DNA from: Dehalococcoidia bacterium
GTDB lineage: Bacteria > Chloroflexota > Dehalococcoidia > Lucifugimonadales > VXLM01
NCBI GenBank assembly: GCA_963662435.1
Contig: OY759598.1
Span: 1,086,507-1,150,506, forward strand
DNA: 64,000 nt
Direction: 5' to 3'
Under the pieces are notes generated by a model. The model saw only the letters and a list, made by a program, of their open reading frames with translations. It searched no databases and was not told the origin of the DNA. The position numbers and the translations under genes are program-made. Position 1 is the stretch's first letter. Every line of letters begins with the position of its first letter. Of the stretch, positions 58,794-64,000 are shown in pieces.

Positions 58794-60572
58794 TTGAAAC
58801 ACTATAGGTCTACATTCATATTGTCGGTAGTCGCGGCACTAGCCATATCGCTCGCGATTGCCTGCGGCACGGACGAGGAAGATACGGATGAGCCGGCAGC
58901 TGCACCGCCGCCGGCCCCCGCACCAGTGCCACCACCGCCGCCGCCCGCGGCAGTGCCCACGGCGGTGCCCAACATACCGGAGCCGGAGCCCGAGACAGGA
59001 ATAGTCGAGGTTGCGGACTGGGCGCCTCCTGCGACTTTCACCGGAGCGATGGAGTCAGACCAGACGCTCGTGTTCCCGATTCAGAGCAAGCGCAGCGCCA
59101 TCGCCCCGAACGTGGAAGGGAGCTACATAGTGCGGACGGTGGACAAGTGGGTGTTCATGCCGCTGTTCCAGTTCGACCCTGAAGGCAACCTCAGGCAGGG
59201 CGTTGCAGACAGCTACAAGGTCAGCGATGACGGGCTGACCTATACTGTATACCTGAAGGACGAGGCAATCTTCCACGACGGGTCGCCCGTTACGGCAGCT
59301 GATGTCAAGGCGGCTTGGGAGTTCGGCGCGTTTCCAGAGAATCAAGTCAGTTGGGGTGGCTCCCTCCTTCACTTGAATAAGGTCGTAGGGATCGACGCGA
59401 TATCGGAGGGTGAGGCCACGGAAGCTCCCGGGCTAGTCGCCTTGGACGAAAAGACGCTCGAAATTACCCTAAAGGACCCGTCCCCGACGTGGCCGCTGGA
59501 AATGGGCCTCTGGCTCCTCGGCATATTCGATGCCGATCATGCCAAGGCAAACCCGGAAAAGAAATGGCAGGAGAGCCCAATAGGGGTTGGACCGTATCAG
59601 CTTCGATGGGAGCCGGAAAGTGGTCTGATCGAGGTTACGCCAGCGGCCAACTGGTGGGGCGACCCGCCCGTGATCCAGAAGATTACGATGCCGTTCGTTG
59701 GCGACCTGCAGACGCAGATGATCATGTATGAGAACGGAGAAGCCGACGTCATCTTCGGAGACCTAGTCCGGCAGCCCGCGGCACACGATCCCGACCATAA
59801 GTTCAATGACGACCTCCAGCGCGTCAAGGGTTCTGGCATCTGGTACTTCGCGTACGATACGACGAAGCCCCCGTTTGACGACATCAATGTGCGGAAGGCG
59901 CTCTCGCACGCCGTCCAGATGGAAGCCGCAGTTCACGCGGTCTTTGCCCCGACGGCGACGTGGGGCACGGGCATCATTCACCCCGCCCTGGCGTCCCACA
60001 CGCCTCGAGACGGGTATGGGTTCGACGTTGCCAAGGCGAAGGAGTTCGCGGCACAGTCAAAGTACGGGCCCGACCCGGCAAGCTGGCCGACGATGCACGT
60101 TGCATTGTCTCGACCTCAATACGTTCGCCTCGGCGAAATTCTGCAGGAGCAGTGGAAGGAAAACCTGGGCGCGAACGTGACCATTACCAAGCTTGAGAGC
60201 GGTCAGCAACCTCCAGAGGATGTGAACCTGTTCCGTCAGAGCATAGGCGGTCGCGTAGCGGACGCCGGAGGTGTATTGACCGACCTCGGTCATTCCGAGT
60301 CGACGGTCGTGTCTCGCGGGTCCAAGCACTCCGACTCGGCGCTGGACGCCCTGGTCGAAGAGGCATCGCAACTGCCAATTGGCGATCCTGAGAAGATTGC
60401 CAAGTACCAAGAGGCCGAGAAGATCATCATCGACAGCTACTGGATATTGCCGATCATCTTCTCAACCGACCGCGCGTACCTGGTGCAGCCGTGGGTCAAG
60501 AACTTCGTTACAACGTTCGGCGACGACTGGAACCACCTGCCGTGGATGGCCATCGCTGAGCGCAAGCGCTAA
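58794..60572 (+). CDS. Peptide/nickel (Opp/Dpp-type) ABC transporter substrate-binding lipoprotein
   Basis: Lipobox LAIAC, Pro-rich linker, SDDGLTYT, FHDGSPVTAADV, PIGVGPY, PPFDDINVRKAL; RBS GAGGAGG. Confidence 0.92.
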   Translation: MKHYRSTFILSVVAALAISLAIACGTDEEDTDEPAAAPPPAPAPVPPPPPPAAVPTAVPNIPEPEPETGIVEVADWAPPATFTGAMESDQTLVFPIQSKRSAIAPNVEGSYIVRTVDKWVFMPLFQFDPEGNLRQGVADSYKVSDDGLTYTVYLKDEAIFHDGSPVTAADVKAAWEFGAFPENQVSWGGSLLHLNKVVGIDAISEGEATEAPGLVALDEKTLEITLKDPSPTWPLEMGLWLLGIFDADHAKANPEKKWQESPIGVGPYQLRWEPESGLIEVTPAANWWGDPPVIQKITMPFVGDLQTQMIMYENGEADVIFGDLVRQPAAHDPDHKFNDDLQRVKGSGIWYFAYDTTKPPFDDINVRKALSHAVQMEAAVHAVFAPTATWGTGIIHPALASHTPRDGYGFDVAKAKEFAAQSKYGPDPASWPTMHVALSRPQYVRLGEILQEQWKENLGANVTITKLESGQQPPEDVNLFRQSIGGRVADAGGVLTDLGHSESTVVSRGSKHSDSALDALVEEASQLPIGDPEKIAKYQEAEKIIIDSYWILPIIFSTDRAYLVQPWVKNFVTTFGDDWNHLPWMAIAERKR

Positions 60573-60601
60573 GCTCCGGCCAAAACAAAGGTTGATCTGA
60601 C

Positions 60602-60641
60602 AGCGGGGACTTTGAGGTGATATCACTTGAAAGTCCCCGCT
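60602..60641 (+). terminator. Strong stem-loop after the substrate-binding gene (attenuator/mRNA stabiliser)
   Basis: AGCGGGGACTTT...AAAGTCCCCGCT 12-bp perfect stem with inner GTGATATCAC palindrome. Confidence 0.65.
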
Positions 60642-60693
60642 AGTGGCTTGTCTTTAGCAGTTTGTTGTAGAGAGTGGTCGGGTGTTTTGTCAT

Positions 60694-60784
60694 CGCCCCG
60701 GTTTCCATTACCGGGCGGGCTCAAACCCTCGCCCCCGTATCAGGTACGGGCCAGGCTCTAGCCCTCTCCCACGACGGGGGAGAG
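60694..60784. repeat. Degenerate ~36-nt tandem repeat plus REP-like CTCTCCC/GGGAGAG palindrome
   Basis: CGCCCCGGTTTCCATTACCGGGCGGGCTCAAACCCT followed by CGCCCCCGTATCAGGTACGGGCCAGGCTCTAGCCCT, then CTCCCACGACGGGGGAGAG. Confidence 0.6.
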
Positions 60785-60873
60785 TATTCAACTACAACGG
60801 AGAGGGGATTCCATTGGGCACGCAGTTGGGGTGGACCTCAGGTGAGGGTGCCTCGCTTCGTATCAGTTGCTAA

Positions 60874-61809
60874 ATGTTTGTCTATACGCTAAGACGCCTT
60901 TTTCTCGCCATACCGGTACTCTTCGCGGTTATGTTTATCACGTTCACGCTCGGCTTCTATGGACCCGGCGATCCCCTTGAGATCTTCTACAACGAGGAAC
61001 TGGTCTCGGACCCGGAGATCACCCAGCGGCTGCGGGAACTGCACGGACTGGACCGACCCTTCTGGGAACAGTTCGTCGACTATTTCACCGGATTGTTGCA
61101 GGGGGACTGGGGCGATTCGATTTCGAGCGGGCGACCCGTGTGGCCTGCATTCGCAGCTTCCATGCCGATTTCCGCCCAGCTTGGTTTGGCGTCTGCCATC
61201 GTGCTGGTCGTTGTTGGAATTCCGCTCGGGGCCCTGGCGGCCGTCAAACAGAATACGTGGGTGGACTATCTCATAGTTTTCGCGTCAATCGTAGTGCGGT
61301 CGGTCCCCGTCTTCGTGTTAGGACCGATGCTCCTTATCGTACTCGTCCTTTGGCTGAGCATTATGAACGTGCCGATCGGGTGGAAGGGCATCTTCCACAC
61401 CAACGCCATTCTGCCGGTGCTCCTCATGGCAGCAGGACCTCTCCTCGTAGTTGTACGGCAGACGCGGGTGGGCGTGATCGAGGTCTTGAGCGAGAATTAC
61501 ATACGGACGGCGCGCGCGAAGGGGATGCGAGAGCGTTTCGTCGTCTGGAGGCACGTTCTCAAGAACGCGCTGACGCCAGTGTTTACGACGATGGGCCTCA
61601 TCATGAGCGGCCTGGTCACGGGCGCGTTCTTCGTCGAGCTCATCTTTGGGATTCCGGGATTTGCCGGTCTGGGAATTGCGGCGTTCCAGGCGAGGGACTA
61701 TCCGATCATTTTGGGCGTTACGATTATCGGGGCGGCAATCATCATCATTTCGAATCTGCTGGTAGACCTCGGTTATGGTCTGCTCGACCCAAGGATTCGG
61801 TATGAGTAG
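60874..61809 (+). CDS. Opp/Dpp ABC transporter permease (OppB/DppB-like)
   Basis: GPGDP, GLDRP, ENYIRTARAKG, RDYPII, DLGYGLLDPRI. Confidence 0.93.
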   Translation: MFVYTLRRLFLAIPVLFAVMFITFTLGFYGPGDPLEIFYNEELVSDPEITQRLRELHGLDRPFWEQFVDYFTGLLQGDWGDSISSGRPVWPAFAASMPISAQLGLASAIVLVVVGIPLGALAAVKQNTWVDYLIVFASIVVRSVPVFVLGPMLLIVLVLWLSIMNVPIGWKGIFHTNAILPVLLMAAGPLLVVVRQTRVGVIEVLSENYIRTARAKGMRERFVVWRHVLKNALTPVFTTMGLIMSGLVTGAFFVELIFGIPGFAGLGIAAFQARDYPIILGVTIIGAAIIIISNLLVDLGYGLLDPRIRYE

Positions 61810-61835
61810 GTCGCGCCACCTTCATCCAACTGTGA

Positions 61836-61874
61836 GAACCCCCTCTCTGAATCTCTCCCCAGGCGGGGGAGAGA
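61836..61874. repeat. REP-like palindrome between the permease genes
   Basis: GAACCCCCTCTCTGAATCTCTCCCCAGGCGGGGGAGAGA; 35/39 identical to 56218-56256. Confidence 0.75.
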
Positions 61875-61954
61875 ATGAATGCGGCTACTCGGCAGTTACA
61901 GATACTCGGCACCGTTCCGTGCGACGGGCCGGAAGGCTGCTAAGGACGGAATAG

Positions 61955-62926
61955 ATGGCCGAGTCAATGGGAATAGCGGGACTGGAAGACGACTTCCAAG
62001 GCGGCAAGCAGCGCAGCCTTTGGGTGGACGCCATGGAGCGGCTGATCCGAAACAGGGCTGCGATGGTCGGCCTGTTTATATCTGTTGTGCTGGTGATAAT
62101 TGCGCTGATTGGGCCGTACATAGCGCCCCACGACTATATCAAGACGAATATCTCGAACATCGCCGCGACTCCGAATGCGACGAACTGGTTCGGGACCGAC
62201 TTGATCGGTCGGGACATCTTCAGCCGAATTCTGCACTCGGTGCGGACGGCCATCTTCGTGGTTGTCGTCGTAGTGACTATCAGCACGATTCTCGGCATCA
62301 TCCTGGGGGCGGCGGCAGCGTATCTCGGCAAGTGGGTCGACGACGGGATTATGCGTCTCACTGACATCATCCTGGCCTTCCCGGACCTGCTGCTGGTGGC
62401 GTTCATCAGCCTGACGATACGACAGCCGTTTGTGAGCTGGCTGGGCTCCGTTTATCAGGAGACACAGTGGGAGTTCCTGCGCGATACGCTATTCCTCGAT
62501 TATTTGATTGTCTTCGGAGCTTTAGCGCTCGTATCGTGGCCGGGGTATGCCCGGCTCATTCGAGGCCAGATACTCTCATTGCGGGAGCAGGACTTCATCC
62601 GCGCGCAGGTCGCGCTCGGCGTGCCCGACCGGACGATCATGTTCCGCCACCTTGTGCCCAATTCCATCGCTCCTGTCATCGTCTCGATGTCGATAGGGAT
62701 CGGCGGGATCATTTTGTTGGAATCTTCACTCAGCTTCCTGGGATTCGGGATTCAGCCTCCCGGTGCAAGCTGGGGAAGCATGGTCACGGAGAACCTCTTC
62801 CAGTGGCGCACTTATCCGCATCTCGTGCTCATGCCGGGACTGACCCTTGCCCTCGCGGTCATAGGGTTCAACTTTCTGGGCGATGGACTGAACGACGCCC
62901 TCAACCCGCGGCAGATACGACGATAG
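61955..62926 (+). CDS. Opp/Dpp ABC transporter permease (OppC/DppC-like)
   Basis: FGTDLIGRDIFSR, ARLIRGQ, RHLVPN, LSFLGFG, FNFLGDGL.DALNPR. Confidence 0.93.
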   Translation: MAESMGIAGLEDDFQGGKQRSLWVDAMERLIRNRAAMVGLFISVVLVIIALIGPYIAPHDYIKTNISNIAATPNATNWFGTDLIGRDIFSRILHSVRTAIFVVVVVVTISTILGIILGAAAAYLGKWVDDGIMRLTDIILAFPDLLLVAFISLTIRQPFVSWLGSVYQETQWEFLRDTLFLDYLIVFGALALVSWPGYARLIRGQILSLREQDFIRAQVALGVPDRTIMFRHLVPNSIAPVIVSMSIGIGGIILLESSLSFLGFGIQPPGASWGSMVTENLFQWRTYPHLVLMPGLTLALAVIGFNFLGDGLNDALNPRQIRR

Positions 62927-62949
62927 TAGCAGCGTCAGGAAGCAGTTAC

Positions 62950-63933
62950 ATGCCAGAACCGGTACTCAGCGTAAGAGCGCTTGAAACGCACCTTTACTCT
63001 CGTGAGGGTACGATCAGGCCGGTGAACAACGTGAGCTTCGACATCGGGCAGGGGGAGACCCTTGGGATAGTCGGTGAGAGCGGCTCCGGCAAGACGATGA
63101 CGGCGCTCTCGATCATGGGCCTGATACCGAAGAACCTCGGCGGGGTCGTAGGCGGAAGCGTTTTGCTGGACGGAGAAGACCTGGCGAGGATGTCCGATGC
63201 GGAGGTCCGACGCAGGCGCAGTACGAAGATGGGGATGATCTTCCAGGACCCGGCAACGTCGCTCAATCCGACGATGAAGGTGGGCCCGCAGATAGCAGAG
63301 ACGATGAAGACTCACCTGGGCATCAACGACACTACGGCGAGGAACAGGGCGATAGAGCTACTCGACCGGGTGGGGATACCGTCGCCGGAGAGCAGGTACA
63401 ACAACTACCCGTTCCAGTTCAGCGGCGGGATGAGACAGCGGGTTATGATCGCCATTGCGCTGTCGTGCGACCCTCTGCTCTTGATCGCGGACGAGCCGAC
63501 GACGGCGCTCGATGTGACGATTCAGGCGCAGCTGCTGGACTTCGTCCGAGAAATCAAAGACGAACGGGGCATGTCGGTTATGTGGATCACGCACGACCTG
63601 GGCGTTGTGGCGGAGCTTTGCGATCAGGTCGCGGTAATGTACGCGGGGTCTATTGTGGAGAAGGCGTCGGTGGACGACGTGTTCGCGCGGCCCAAGCATC
63701 GATATACCTCGATGCTGCTGAATTCGATGCCGTCAGTCGAAGGGAGGGCAGGAGAGCGACTTACGTCCATCAAGGGTCTGCCGCCCAACCTCGCCAATCT
63801 TCGTCCGGGCTGCCCGTTCGTGGGCAGGTGCAACTCGCCAATCGACCAGTGCACGGCAGAACGCCCTACCCTGCTGCCCATGGGAACGGACCACTCGGCA
63901 GCGTGCTGGAACCCCGTGGAAGACCCGGCGTAG
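62950..63933 (+). CDS. Opp/Dpp ABC transporter ATP-binding protein (OppD/DppD-like)
   Basis: GESGSGKT, IFQDP, FSGGMRQR, ADEPTTALD, C-terminal GCPF..RC...C..AC. Confidence 0.94.
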   Translation: MPEPVLSVRALETHLYSREGTIRPVNNVSFDIGQGETLGIVGESGSGKTMTALSIMGLIPKNLGGVVGGSVLLDGEDLARMSDAEVRRRRSTKMGMIFQDPATSLNPTMKVGPQIAETMKTHLGINDTTARNRAIELLDRVGIPSPESRYNNYPFQFSGGMRQRVMIAIALSCDPLLLIADEPTTALDVTIQAQLLDFVREIKDERGMSVMWITHDLGVVAELCDQVAVMYAGSIVEKASVDDVFARPKHRYTSMLLNSMPSVEGRAGERLTSIKGLPPNLANLRPGCPFVGRCNSPIDQCTAERPTLLPMGTDHSAACWNPVEDPA

Positions 63934-63955
63934 TCTCCGAGCTGAGTAACTTTAG

Positions 63956-64000
63956 ATGACGCAAGACTCCAACATAAGCGGCAAAGTGCTCTTGGACATC
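63956..64000 (+). CDS. Probable start of the second ABC ATPase (OppF-like), truncated by window end
   Basis: MTQDSNISGKVLLDI open to the end of the window; expected operon position only. Confidence 0.4.
   Translation, partial: MTQDSNISGKVLLDI

Overview
A 64-kb, moderately GC-rich bacterial chromosome segment. By gene content and style it is most consistent with Chloroflexota/Dehalococcoidia (SAR202-like), possibly animal- or sponge-associated; this is inferred from the acVLRF1 release factor, expanded TPP/SDR/sulfatase-type enzymes, and Calx-beta, Fn3, LRR and CRTAC1-type surface proteins. Housekeeping blocks: purB-purC...purS, tgt, alaS-ruvX-aroE-aroKB, pabB, metV-metF, rpiB, mtaB, typA, tRNA-Trp and tRNA-Lys. 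These are interspersed with accessory catabolic, transport and secreted-protein genes, one intact ISAs1 element (16-bp IRs, 10-bp TSD) and REP-like palindromes. Main leads: (1) an unexplained ~310-nt multi-hairpin non-coding element (49710-50016) that sits, together with typA, between the N- and C-terminal remnants of a split Thr-type sulfatase gene; (2) a kexin-like S8 protease with PPC-like, P, Fn3 and plant-type LRR domains that appears to lack a cis propeptide and is preceded by a separate secreted gene ending in a propeptide-like domain (candidate trans-chaperone pair); (3) a cupredoxin lipoprotein lacking the type-1 Cys, fused to a Cys/His-rich domain. No CRISPR array, rRNA or prophage was seen. 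All calls are from motif recognition by eye; no database searches were run.
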